DNA of 64,000 nt from positions 7,907,280 to 7,971,279 of the forward strand of contig NC_057719.1 in NCBI RefSeq assembly GCF_004010195.1. Direction: 5' to 3'. Shown here piece after piece: positions 1 to 12,925 of this stretch. The position numbers were made by a program, and so were the translations under genes. This DNA is from Chiloscyllium plagiosum. Lineage: Eukaryota. The notes under the pieces are model-generated. The model did not search any database, was not told the origin of the DNA, and worked only from the letters and a program-made list of their open reading frames with translations. The stretch's first letter is position 1. The number at the start of each line of letters is the position of its first letter.

Positions 1-865
1 GATTACAACAGGATCTGGACCAGATGAGCCAATGGGCTCAGAAGTAGCAGATGGAGTTTAGTTCAGATAAATGCAAGGTGCTGCATTTTGGGAAAGCAAA
101 TCTTAGCAGGACTTATACACTTAATGGTAAGGTCCTAGGGAGTGTTGCTGAACAAAGAGACCTTGGAGTGCAGGTTCATAGCTCCTTGAAAGTGGATAGG
201 ATAGGATAGTGAAGAAAGCGTTTGGTATGCTTTACTTTATTGGTCAGAGTATTGAGTACAGGAGTTGGAAGGTCATGTTGCGGCTGTACAGGACATTGGT
301 TAGGCCACTGTTGGAATATTCTGTGCAATTCTGGTCTCCTTCCTATCGGAAAGATGTTGTGAAACTTGAAAGAGTTCAGAAAAGATTTACAAGGATGTTG
401 CCAGGGTTGGAGGATCTGAGCTACAGGGAGAGGCTGAACAGGCTGGGGCTGTTTTCCCTGGAGTGTTGGAGGCTGAGAGGTGACCTTATAAAGGTCTACA
501 AAATTATGAGGGGCATGGATAGGATAAATAGGCAAAGCCTTTTCCCTGGGGTCGGGGAGTCCAGAACTCGTGGGCATAGGTTTATGGTGAGAGGGGAAAG
601 ATATAAAAGAGACCTAAGGGATAACTGTTTCACGCAGAGGGTGGTACGTGTATGGAATGAGCTGCCAGAGGATGTGGTGGATGCTGGTACAATTGCAACA
701 TTTAAGAGACATTTGGATGGGTATATGAATAGGAAGGGTTTGGAGGGATATGGGCCGGGTGCTGGCAGGTGGGACTCGATTGGGTTGGGATATCTGGTCG
801 GCATGGACAGGTTGCACCGAAGGGTCTGTTTCCATGCTGTACATCTCTATGATTCTATGATTCTA
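1..865 (+). mobile_element. CR1-group (HER1-like) LINE, 3' part of ORF2 and 3' UTR; runs off the window start
   Basis: ORF 209-904 has LVRPLLEYSVQFWSP, RLRGDLI, TRGH and FTQRVVRVWNELP motifs. It ends in a (CTATGATT)n-type tail at about 845-865. Confidence 0.9.
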
Positions 866-1699
866 ATGACGTCAAATCTAATATATATTTGCTTGTTGAA
901 TTAGAAGCTTGAAAATCCAGTAGTATCATTTGTTTAATGGGGTGGTTGGGATAGGAGGGAGTTTCAGGTGTGGAGGAAGGGTGTTTACCAGGTAGAACCT
1001 TCTTGGGACTTGGCACTGCATGTCAGGAGGTGGCAGTATAACTAGGATCTTGCTGAACCAGGCAGGTATTTTCAGTTTAAAAGCACTCGAGGTTCAATAG
1101 TTATGTTTTTGTCTTTCAAATGTTGAGTTGTGTCAAGTGAGGCATTTTGAATTCTGTAACACCAGGGTGAAGTCCTGATGATTACAGGTGTCTTGCTGGT
1201 AGCAAGACCAATTTGCAGTGAATTATGAGTACAGCACAAGCATAATGAACATTAAAATGCACTGTTTATACAGCATATCAATACCAATATGCTAAATATA
1301 CCTTGTGATACTCTCACAAGGGATATTAAGAGTTGTAGAGTTCAGATTCATTTTAAGATTTTTTTATTCCTATTGAATATTTCTCCAACAATGAATGCTG
1401 ATAGCCTCATTAAGAACCTGGTTTGAAAGAGTTACTGAGCCAGGCTCTATGACTGAGCTGAATTTACATACACTACTGAAGAAAACCGGTGCTAAGATCT
1501 CCTTGATTAATGACTGGATTTGTTAACAATTCTGTGGCTCAGTAATTCTTCTGAAGAAGCTCTTTTTTTCTCTTTCTGTCAAGGCTTCAGCAATTGTTTC
1601 ATTGTTAACAATAAACAGAATAGATCGTCAATACTCAGGCTAATTGTTTTCAGAACATTTCAAATTATGAAACATTGTGCAACTATATTTAAAAAATAA

Positions 1700-3840
1700 G
1701 TTCATGCAATGTGGTCATTGCTGGCTAGGCCAGCATTTGTTGCCTTCGAGAAAGTGGCTTAGTGCTGCATTCTTGAAATGATGCAGTTGGGGAAGGAGGT
1801 GGGAGTGGTTACTTAGACGTAGAGTGTCATTTGAAAGGGAATATCAGAGTTTGACTCAATGACAGTGAAGGAACATTGACATAGTTCCAAGACCGGATTA
1901 TGTGTGGCTTGAAGAGAAATTTGCAGATTGTGATGCTTCATGAATCTGCTTCCCTTGTCTTGGGCTTGGAAGGTGCTGTTTAATGAGATTTGGTGAGTTT
2001 CTGCATTGTGTCTTGTAGGTGGTACACCGGCTGCCACTGTGCATCCTTAGTAAAGGGGCTGAATGTTGTAAATGTCATAGAATCATTGTCGTACAACATG
2101 GAAACAGACTCTTCAGTCCAACTATCCTATGCCTACCATGTATCCAAACTAAACTCGTACCACCTGCTTGCGTTTGGCCCATTTCCCTCCAAACCTTTCG
2201 TATTCATGTATTTATCCAAATGTTTTTTAAATGTTGCAATTGTACCTGCATGCACCACTTCCTCTGGCAATTCATTTCCCACACTAACCATTCCCTGTGT
2301 ATCAAAAAAAAGTTACCCTTCATATCCTTCTTTAAAACTTTCTCCTCAGGCCTTAAAAATATGCCCCTAGTTTTGAACTCCCCAACCCTAGGGAAAAGAC
2401 ACCTACCATTCACCTTATCTAAAACCCTCATAGTTTTATAAACGCCTAAAGGGTCACCCCTTAACCTCCTACATTCCAGTGAAAAATGTCTTAACCTACC
2501 CAGTCTATTTGTGGTGCGTAACTTTCCATCTAAGCTGTATTTGGAGCTGCTGCAAACCGTGACTGATGTGCTGATGCATTAGCATTCACATGTGGAAGTC
2601 ACTGCCATGCATGGACCCTGGAGGGCAGTAGATAGGTTGCCTATCAGCAGGGTGCTTTCTCCACGGATTGTGCTAAGCATAGAATCATAGAATTTTAAAG
2701 TACAGAGATTGTGTCTGTACCAGCTCCTAAAAGAGCTACCCAGCTAGTCCCATTCTTGCACCCTATTTCCATAGCTCTCTAAATTCCTCACTTTCAAAGA
2801 TATATCTAGCTCTCTTCTGAAACCTCCTATGGGACCCACCTCCACCACTCTCCCAGGCAATACATTCCAAATTTGAACAACTCTGAGTAAAGAGGTTTCC
2901 CCTCCTCTCACTCCTCTGACCTGCTGACAGTCTTGAAATTGTGACTTGCAGTTGCTGATGTATTAACTAGTGGAAACTGAATACCTTCTTAATCCTCTCA
3001 AAATTGTTCATAATTTTGAACACTTCAATAAGGTCACTTCTTAATCTTCTCTGCTGCAAGGTGAATAAGCCCAATATTTTGAATCTTTCCTTGCATCTAA
3101 AAATCCTCATCCCTGATATAATTTCAATAAATCTCCTTTGCACTCTCTCTCCAGGGCTTTACTGTCCTTCCTTAAGGTGCCCAGAACTGAGCACATCAAA
3201 CATCTTGAGTGTTGTTGGAGGAGCATCAATTTGAGCAATTGGAGAGTATTCCATCGTATTCCAATTTGTGTCTTGTGGTGGACAGGTATTGGGGGGGAAA
3301 AAGATGAGTTATTTGCTACTGGATTCCTAGTCCCTGACCGGCTCTTCTAGCCACAGTGTTTACACGGCTGGTCCAGTTCGGTATCTGGTAAACGGTAGCT
3401 CTCTGGACGATACTAGTGGAGGATTCAGCAGTGGTAATGCAATTGAATGTCAAGTGGCCACGGTTAGATTATGTCTTATTAGGGGTTGGTGTGAATGTTA
3501 TTTGTCATTTGTCAACCTAAAACTTGGATATTGTCCAGGTCTAGCTGTATTTGGACATGGACTGCTTCAGCATCTGAGGAGGTGGAAATGGTACTGAAAA
3601 TTGTGCAATATCAGCAAACTTCACTTCTGACCTCATGATGGACCGAAGACTGTTGAAGCGCTTGAAGATTCTTCAGCCTAGGAGACTACCCTGAAGAATA
3701 CCTACACAGGTGTCTTGAAGCTGAGATGACTGATCTTCAAGCACAATCTCCTTTCTTTGTGCAGGTCTAACTCCAACTAGTGCAGAATATTCCCCTGATT
3801 CTCATTCTCATTCAGTTTTGCTAGGGTTCCTTGATGCCAC
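1700..3840 (-). mobile_element. Old L2/Crack-like LINE fragments (about 1700-2070 and 3200-3840) interrupted by younger CR1-group 3' ends (about 2072-2505 and 2678-3200)
   Basis: The L2-like segments are similar to 48890-49695. The CR1 pieces begin with the reverse-complemented tail catagaatcat, and ORF 2204-2431(-) has FPRVGEFKTRG. Confidence 0.7.
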
Positions 3841-4129
3841 AGTATTTCCAGCATTCTGTTTTTCTTTTGATTTTTGTTTTCTTATGCTTGACTGCTTTTT
3901 AAAAAAAAAATCTGGGGTTGTTTTTCCCTAATACTGAGGATCCTTATTGTAATTGGAGGATTGACTATATGTGTAGTGAGCAGTGTAATATTACTACAGC
4001 TAAAGCAAATTACAGACTCTTACGGTAAAAAATGAGGCTACTTGACCTATTATGCTTGTATTGGTTTTTGAAATGGCTATACAGTAAACTTTTCTTGTTC
4101 AAGTAGATGATTGGTTCCCTTTTGAAATA

Positions 4130-5270
4130 TTCTATTCATTCTGTTTCTGCTCCCCTGTTATTTATAATTTATGCTCATGACTTGGATGTCTGAAGTGAAT
4201 GTACTATCTCTGAGTATATAGATGACCCAAAAATAGTTGGGAAGGTAATTGGTGAGGATGATGCAAGGAGTTAAGTGAGTGGTCAAAATTTGGCAGATGG
4301 AATATAATGTGAAGTTATGCACTTTGGCAGCTTAATAGAGGAGCTAAATATTATTTAAATGTATAAAAATTGCAGTGAGATGCAACACAAAAGGATTTGG
4401 GGCCCCTAGTGCATGAATCACAAAAAAGCATCCAAGTTCAGTGGGCAATAGGGAACTTTGGCGTTTATTTCAAAGGGAATAGAGTATAAAAATAGGGAAG
4501 TTTTGCTAAAACAATGCAAGGTACAACTGGAGTACTGTGAATAGTTTTGGACCCTTTGCAAAGATATACTGGCATTGGAGACAATCTAGAGAAGGTTCAC
4601 TAGTTTGTTCCTGGGTATGGAGGGATTTTTTTTATCAAGTGAGATTCAGTAGGTTGAGCTTGCCCTCAGTGGAGTTTACAGTCAAGAGTGTGATGCTAGA
4701 AAAGGACAGCAGGTCAGGCAGCATCCGAGAAACAGGAGAATCGATGTTTCAGGCATTAGCCCTTCGTCAGCCCATTCCTGATGAAGGGTTTATGTCTGAG
4801 ATGTCGATTCTCCTGCTCCTCAAATGCTGCCTGACTGGCTGTGCTTTTCCAGCACCACACTCCCGACTCTTGATCTCCAGCATCTGCAGTCCTCACTTTC
4901 TCCACATTAGAGTTTAGAAAAATGAAAGGTGATCTTATTGGAAAATGTAAGATTCTTGGGAGGGCTTGCCAGGGTAAATGCAGAGAGGTTGTTTTCCCTT
5001 GTGGGTGAGTAGGACCAGAAGGCATAATCTCAGTGTAAGAAGTTGTGCATTTAAGGCAGATATGAGAAAGGGTCTTTTCTCTGAGTAATGAATTCTGTGG
5101 ATTTCTTTACCATAGAGAGCTGTAAAGGCAATGTCATTATGTATATTCAGAGGTATGATAGACAGGTTTCTAATGAGTAAAGGAGTCAGGGGTTATTGGG
5201 AAGAAGTAGGAAAATGGGGTGGAGGATTACCAAATGAGCTATGATCTCATTGAATAGCAGTGTACTATTT
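4130..5270 (+). mobile_element. Decayed CR1-group LINE 3' region interrupted by a PLE fold-back
   Basis: Degenerate RT and C-terminal CR1 sequence is continuous on both sides of 4679-4904. Confidence 0.75.
4679..4904 (+). mobile_element. Penelope-like pLTR fold-back (family A), decayed
   Basis: Inverted arms lie at about 4686-4770 and 4778-4862, with a degenerate CTGATGA...GTC hammerhead motif and an extra 3' tail gatctccagcatctgcagtcctcactttctcc. Flanks cagtggagttta (4667-4678) and cattagagttta (4905-4916) resemble a TSD. Confidence 0.8.
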
Positions 5271-7384
5271 CTTTAAAGGCTGAATCATAATTGTGTTACA
5301 AAAAAGATACTTGGCTTCATAAGAAGTGTTGGAACTTAATTTACAATTCATGTTTTTGCTGCAGTGGCAGGGAATGTATGAAATAGCACCCAATTTTGTG
5401 GATATGCTCAAAGGTGAAAATTGGACTTCAGCCTGTTAGTGGTTGCCAACATTTTTGCACGGATTAAATCTTTTTAAATCTCACTTTTACAATTTGCTCT
5501 ATTTAGCTAATATTTAGAACCAGATAGAAAATAATGTTGAAGCTTGAGATTTGTTTATGGGAATGTTTCAGTAAAAACAAGATCAGCCTCTTTGGACTGT
5601 GTCAGATAAAAGTGAGAGTGCAGCCTACCCCTACTAGCTTTGCCTGATTAACTTGTTTTTCTTTCATTTTTTTTGTCAATTACTGCAATATATTTCTCCT
5701 GTAGAATCTTACCCTTTGAATCCCTACATCATTTCATAGCATAGAAATTGAAAAGACAAGGAACTGGAGACTATGAATAAAAATATTTAAATTCTTCCCT
5801 GCAATAGAATGTGAGATCCCATCTTCAGTATCAATTTGAAATGGATTAAATATGTTGTGGGCTAAAGGATATTTAAATGTGAAATAAAGAATTAATGAGT
5901 TGTGTGTTTTTTGATGTCTTCTTTCGGATTATTTTCCTTATACCTCAACTCCCTTGAATCAAAGTACAATCTGCAGTAACATTGTTTAAAATAAATCATA
6001 ACTTGTTACTGAGAGGTTATTTAAGAGTAATTGTACTAATTACATACACATTCAAACACAACCATCTGCAAGTACCCTCCAAAAACCACTCAGCATTCTG
6101 ATTTGGAAATACATTATCATTATGTCAGTGTTTCTGAGTTGAAATCCTGGAAATTTCTCTTTAACAGCATTGTGGGTGTACCTACACAAAGTGGACCAAG
6201 TATATAATGTCTCGTCACTCTCAAATGATTCATAGCCTCTTGAAGTGCAGTGACTCTTGCAGTCATACATCTAATAAGGTTACCTCCAAACTGCAATGAT
6301 GTGAAGCTTGGTAAAAGAAATCCGTTCTATGAATATGTACCATGGCCATTGTGACGGAAGACGTTATTTGTGACTTGCTACATATTGTTTCAGTGCTGAG
6401 ATTGGAAGAAATCTGTTGATATTCAAATAGAGCTGTAGAAAAAATGGACATGTGGTTTGGAGGAAGCAACCTGTTTCGGGACTACACTTACAACTTGCAA
6501 AAGAAAGGTATAATTTGGAGATAGACATTTGGATTTTTGTTCCCAGTTTGGGAGTGAAACCAGTTGGGCTTCACAAATCAAGTAATCAAAACTCTTATAC
6601 TTATGACAACAAGTTGAAATAGCAAGTAATTTTTTTCAGCATTCCAGACAGTTTGTTCAAATTTTTAAAGGACTAGAGTTTTAAATGTGTTCACAGCTTG
6701 ACAGTGCTTTGTGTCAAATGTCAATGACACTTTTGATAGTCCCAGTGTGCTTCATAGTTCTAATGAATTTATGCTTTTATGAAGATTTATGTTTATTTTT
6801 ATAAAATTCAAAAGATGTCCTTGGATCGCATCCAGTGGGGTACCTTCTAAAAGGATATCTTGACTCACCAAGCGAATCCAGAAAGTGTGATCCACATACA
6901 TTATGTTTTATGCCTCTTGGTCACAAACATCAGAGATGACTCGAGGTAACTGCTGATGTTTAAATTCAAAGCTGCTTCCATGAAATACACATGTGGCATG
7001 CACTCCACCCCAAATTCCAAATGACTTCTTGGGGTTGCTGTGGGGGGAATTTCTAATTTTTGACTTCCTTTGTTATTTTGGAATAATAGGTTCTCCATCA
7101 CTGCAAGCCAGAATTGTAGCTTTCAAAAAGGTAGAAGTGTTTTCCTGCTGTGAGGTAGTTGTTGTTCTTTGGGTTTTCAGAAGTAGTTGGTGATGGTGCT
7201 TTTGCAAGGAAAAGACAGTGCCATATGTTCACCAACTAGAGCTGCTGATGGTTGACTAAGACAGATGTGAGTTGAATATATACTCAAGTCAGCCTACTTT
7301 GACTTGAGAGAATGAAGACAGTGGCATTGACAGTGAAGATACTGGATGGGAGAGAGTTGCTGGGACAAAGTTAGGGAAGTGTGG

Positions 7385-8315
7385 AAACATTGAATCATGC
7401 AAACCGAAGAGGTCCTTTGGCCCATCAGGTCTTACCGCAAAAGCTACACTAAATCTGCTAGAGACACTTCTCACTACTAGGCCAATGCCTTGAATCCTTT
7501 GACATTTCAAGTGCTCATCCAAGTACTTATAAAGGTTGTGAGATTTCAATTCACCTTTTGCATGTCCCTGATAATTTTATACAGAACCCCCTCAACCTTC
7601 ACTGCTCCAAAGAGAACAACCCTGAGTTTATCCATTCCTTTTTCGTAGCTAAAGTGCTCCATCCCAGGCAACATCCTAGCGAATCCCCTCGGCATGTCCT
7701 TCAGTGCAAACACATCCTTCCTGTATTGAGAAGACCAGAACTGAACACAGTACTCTAAATATGGCCAAAGTTGTGTACAGCTCCAACATAACCTCCCTGT
7801 TCTTATAATTTCTACCAAAGTACTTCATCTCAACTTTATCAGGATGAAATTCCATTTGCAACTAATTTGCCATTCTAACTAGTCCATTTATATCCTCCTG
7901 TAATCTACAACCTTTTCCTCACTGTCAATGACACTGTCATCTGCAAACTTATCATCCCCCAACATTCTCATGTGCATAATTTTTCCATATGAACAATAAG
8001 GGACCCATCACTGATCGCCATGGTATGCCAGTGTACACCAAGCTCCAGTCATGCAAACAACCTTCTATCATCACACTCTGTTTCCTGCCACTAAGCCAAT
8101 TTTGAATCTGACTTGCCAGTTACTCTAGATTCCGTGAGATTTTACCGTCTTTGTTAGTCTACCATTTGGGGCCTTGTGAAAGGCTTAGCTGAAATCCATA
8201 CAAACTACATCAACTGCACAACCCTCATCTACACATTTGGTCACCTGTTTGAAAAGTCCAACCAGATTTGTCAGGCATGACCTCCCTCTGACAAAGCCAT
8301 GCTGACTATCCCTGT
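7385..8315 (-). mobile_element. Decayed CR1-group LINE (RT region to 3' end, with deletions)
   Basis: ORFs 7546-7818(-) and 7676-7861(-) contain [11 protein letters not shown] and QMEFHPDK. Confidence 0.85.
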
Positions 8316-9204
8316 CTGGAACTAAAGGAGTGTTTGAGAAAATGTGTCATAGAATGTGGAGGACTAAAGGTTATGGTTAATTGTGCTTTTTTCTCATTGT
8401 CATCATATTCTACTCATAGGAAAGAACTATTTAATACTACATTTAAATGAATTTATATTATTTCAATGGTCTGTTTCCCTATGGTACTATTTTGAAACTC
8501 TAGAACTATTTTCTCCAGATGCCTTCCTAGTTCTTTGATTATTTTTCGACTGTGGAAGCTGATCATCACCGACCTTTTCTCAATAATTGGCCAATTGTAG
8601 CACACACAGGATATTTTTCTCACAATTCTTGTGGCCTTTTGCAGTCCTTGAAACCCTTTTGAAAACACTGCTGAGCTTTTACTACTCATTATCTGAGGAT
8701 GGACGATCTTTTCAGCAACTCTTCAGCTTTTTGACAATTGCACAGCTTCTGTAGAAGCAAATGTAATTGTTTACATGAAATTGCTGGTGCAGAATGCCTG
8801 CCTTTACTTGTACAATTCACTGTACTCGAAAAGGTAATGGTGTGAGCATTTGGCGATACTTTGACATGAACGGAACCGTAGAGGTGTTAACGTAATACAC
8901 TGTGAATGTAATCGTTAGAATGTAAGTCAGATGAGTAGAACCAAGAGAGCACAGTCACAGAGAACAATGCTAATGAAGAAGAGGGTTAGTGGGGGACAGT
9001 TCAGTTGACTGCATTGAAGACTACTAAGTGGTTGAGGAGGAGAAGTTGGAGGAATATTATGCTGCAGTCACAACTACAGGAGGGTTTGTTCATAAGTTTG
9101 TTGCTGTTTTGAACTATGGGAGGGTGACAAGGATGGTAGGAGGCATCATCATGTGAAAGATGGTTAAAATTGAGAGGCAATTAATATTAAAAGGTGTAAG
9201 CTAC

Positions 9205-9790
9205 GAGGCTCAGGTTCAAGTCCCACCTACATAATAACATCCCTGAACAGGTTGATTAGTAAATACCATTAAATCATCTTGGTATTCTTGTGGTGCAGTG
9301 GTGGTGTCACTGTCTCTAAGCTAGAAGGCCTGGGTCCACGTCCCACCTGCTCCAGATGTGCATAATTGAATAGAAAGTACCTAGAAATTATCATGGCAGA
9401 AGCATTTAGGAGCTCAGCCCCTACCTCTGGGTCAGGACTGGGTTCAAGTCCCACCTGCTCCAGAGGTGTGTAATAACATCTGTGAGCAAGTTGATTAGAA
9501 AATATCTCCCATAGGAGTATTGAGGGTCCTGTGTTGCAGTGGTGGTGTCCCTACGTTTAGGCCAGCAGGCCTGGATTCAGGTCCCATGTGCCCCAGACCT
9601 GTAGTATGCTGAACAGGTTGATTAAAATAACACCACAGAAACATTTGAACTGGTCCTGACCGATGGTTATGTGTGTAGCAGAGAAGCTACCTCTTGCGAT
9701 CTTCTAAGTGGAGGATTCTTGTGGCACAGTGGTAGAGTTCCACCTGCTCCAGTGTGTGTCGTAACATGCCTGAATAGGTTAATTTTTTTT
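9205..9790 (+). repeat. Head-to-tail cluster of about 5 short tRNA-derived SINE monomers
   Basis: The unit tgtggtgcagtgg...ggttcaagtcccacctgctccaga...taacat...gaacaggttgattag recurs. B-box-like ggttcaagtcc occurs at 9213-9223 and 9441-9451, and A-box-like tggtgcagtgg is also present. Confidence 0.8.
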
Positions 9791-10782
9791 GAAAAACAAG
9801 AATTGTGTGGCTTTCATGGTGCAGTCAAAATGGTTTTGGGAAAAAAAATTCCTAAACACTAGTTAATTTGAAATAAATTTGCCTAAAAATATTAGCATAT
9901 ATAAATTTTTATGCATTGGAACTGATTGATTGAAGACAAAAAGAAGTGTATCTTTTCACATTCCTCTGAAAACCCTCAAAACACTTTTATGTAAATTGCT
10001 GTGTATGCATTACACTGCATGTTATTAAATTTTCAACACTGGCCACTGTAAGATCCTACAAATCCTAGGCAATGAATAACACTTTGAAAGATTTTGGTGG
10101 TGCTGGTTTGGAAAGCCAGGAGGGTGATAGAAAATTATTTACCTCCCTGAGGTATCTGGGACCATTGGCTCAATGTCTTCTGAACAGTTCATTCTTCTTT
10201 GTGATCTTACTGAATTACTACCTCTTGAACTCTAATTTGAATCCACCAACATTGTTCTGAGAATCTTAACTGGAGAATTTAAGGAGACTGAGTGAATTGA
10301 ATTTAGGAAGGTCTTAACTCGTTTCTTGTTGCTAGTTTAATACAGAACCACCTACAAATCACAAATGGAATTACACTTGACAAGTCCTATGCAAGCATCA
10401 TGTTTTGCTGGTATTTGTATGAAAAATAGAAATACTGCATAGGCATCTCTGAGTATGGATTTAAAACACATTGTTTCAGTATTACAGAAGAAGCTTTATA
10501 TTGCACATTACTGAAGTGAGAACACTGCACTTCTGTGCTGACATTGTTACATTGATGAATTCAAAAATATTTATGCTGCCAATAAATCATCAAACTAGAA
10601 CAACTTTGTAATTGCTAAGTACACTATCTTAAGACTTGTGAATGACATTCAGAATCTAAATCATAGAGTCATAGAGATGTACAGTATGGAAACAGACCCT
10701 TCAGTCCAACTCGTCCATGCTGACCAGATATCCCAACCCGATCTAGTCCCACCTGCCGCACCCAGCCCATATCTCTCTAAAC

Positions 10783-12925
10783 CAGACCTGGGCATTTTAT
10801 GGCCCAGGGGCCATATCCGGCCCTTTGGTCGTTCCTGTCCGGCCCGTATGAGGTCAGTCTTAAATTAGAACATAAATGAAAATGTATTTACGCCATGCAC
10901 GCAATACAACTGTGTTGCTTTTGTTTTGAAAAGTATGCTTTTTTTATTTACGTATGGACGCACATGCCCGTGTATGTGCATGCGTGAACAGCTAAAAGTG
11001 GTGCTTGCTGGTCAGCCCTCAAAATGTCAGCTCACGCCAAGACAAGTTATGTCATATCCCACAAAATCGCGAGAAACAGTAAACCGTTTTCTGATGGAGA
11101 GTTTATTTAGGAGTGCTTGTTGGACTCTGCAGAACTAATATGCCCGGAGAAAAAGGAGGCATTTGAGAATGTGCCCCTCTCCTGACACACTGTAACGAGA
11201 AGGATTGGGGACATCGTGAGAAATCTGGAGCTTCAGCTGCAGCACAGAGTGGTCAACTTTGACTTTTTTCCATGGCTTTGGATGAGAGCTGCGTCGTACG
11301 TGACACAGCCCAGCTACTCATCTTCGTACGTGGGATAACTACGGACTTTAAAATCATGGAGGAGCTGGCAGCCATGCAGTCAATGAAAGGAACAACAACT
11401 GGTAATGGTTTGTTAATGGAGATAAATGCATATTTGGATACGTTGGGACTAAAATGGGACAAGCTGGCGGGTGTGACAACGGATGGTTGTCCAAATCTAA
11501 CGGGAAAAAATGTTGGACTCTTAAAGAGAATGCAGGATAAAGTGACAGAAATTGACCCTGAAGAGAAATTGGCATTTTTGCATTTATACATCAGGAAGTA
11601 TTGTGTAAGTCAGTACTAAAAATGAACCATGTGGTTGATGTTGTAACTAAAATAGTTAACTTCATCAGGGCAAGTGCTTTGAATCACAGGCAGTTTGTTG
11701 CAGTTTTGGAGGAAAATGAGACTGAACATCGTGACATAGGCTACCACACAGCCGTCAGGTGGCTCAGCCTGGCAAAATGCTGAAAAGTGTGTGGGACCTG
11801 AGAGAAGAGATTCAAGATTTCTGTGTGAAGAAAGGGAACGGCATTCCACAGCTTTCAGATACAGACTGGATTGCAGACCTTGGTTTTGTTGTTGATGTGA
11901 CTGCACTTATGAATGAATTAAATGTGAAACTGCAGTGCAAGGACCTTTTTGTGCATGAAATGTATTAGGTGAAGTCTTTTATGAGAAAGTTGCAGCTTCT
12001 CTCAAGCCAAATGGAGGACAACATTCTCACCCACTTGCCAACACTGAAGGAAGCCGCACCTTCAGCTGATCACCTCCACAGGTACTCATCTATGTTAGAA
12101 GCACTGCATGGTGAATTTTCAAGGCGATTTCAAGACTTTAAAACGGTTGAGAATGAAATGCACATGATTTTTTTCCCCATTTACATGTGTGGAGAATGCA
12201 CCTAGTGATATTCAGCTTGAACTCATTGACCTGCAGTCTGACACACTTCTGGCAGAGTACTTTAGATCAGTCTTACTGCTTGATTTTTATTCTTCCCTCA
12301 AAGAGGAGAACTTTCCACACATGAGGAGACATGCTCAGAAGATTCTAGTCCACTTTGGATCCACCTATATATTTGAACAGACATTCTCAGTGATGAAGAT
12401 CAACAAATCCAAATACCGATCCTCTATCACTGATGATCACCTCTCAGCTGTCCTTCGCATATCCACCTCAGACATTCAACCAGATTTCAGTGCACTTGTT
12501 CAAGCCCAAAATAGACTGGCTTTTTCTCACTAAACAAGTAAAATGAACTGAAAAACATCAAAAGCACTTACTGCTTTTTGTATAGAGTTGTTTGTTGTTT
12601 GTAATACTGAACAATAATGAAACAACTTTTCATTATTGGTTTGTGAGAAACATGTTAAAAATAAAATGAAATACTGAAATTATTGTTTTTACTGTTTATT
12701 GCTTCTATATTTGACCCACTCCACAATTTCATATCTTTATTGTAACAGAATATCCTTATTCTTTTGATTATAAGTTTCAGTGCAAAACTATATAATTTAG
12801 TACTTTTTACAATGGGCGAAAATTAATACTGAGCAGAATTATGTTCAACTTATTGTTGCTTCGGCCCTCCAACACAACTCAGGTTTCTCATGTGGCTCCT
12901 TGGAAGACTTAATTGCCCACCCCTG
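10783..12925 (+). mobile_element. hAT superfamily DNA transposon (Buster/Charlie, GTF2IRD2-like), 2143 bp, non-autonomous decayed copy
   Basis: A perfect 8-bp TSD ctctaaac (10775-10782 and 12926-12933) has a central TA. Imperfect TIRs are CAGACCTGGGCA (left) and CAGGGGTGGGCA (reverse complement of right). Subterminal GGCCC motifs are present. Confidence 0.95.
11024..12533 (+). pseudogene. Disrupted hAT/Buster transposase
   Basis: Pieces across frames include KPFSDGEFI, ALDES (D), VTTDG (D), TAVRWLS, MNELNVKLQ, FGSTYIFEQTFSVMK (E) and RSSITDDHL. In-frame stops (TAG about 11108, TGA about 11183) and several frameshifts disrupt it. Confidence 0.93.

Noticed and set aside
9205..9790. CRISPR array or tRNA gene cluster
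   Set aside because: The context is a vertebrate intron with no cas genes. The units are long, diverged and truncated, and I could not build a complete cloverleaf. SINE monomers fit better.
11272..12533. Domesticated GTF2IRD2/ZBED-type host gene
   Set aside because: Multiple stops and frameshifts, retained TIRs and TSD, and insertion inside a LINE all indicate a transposon fossil.
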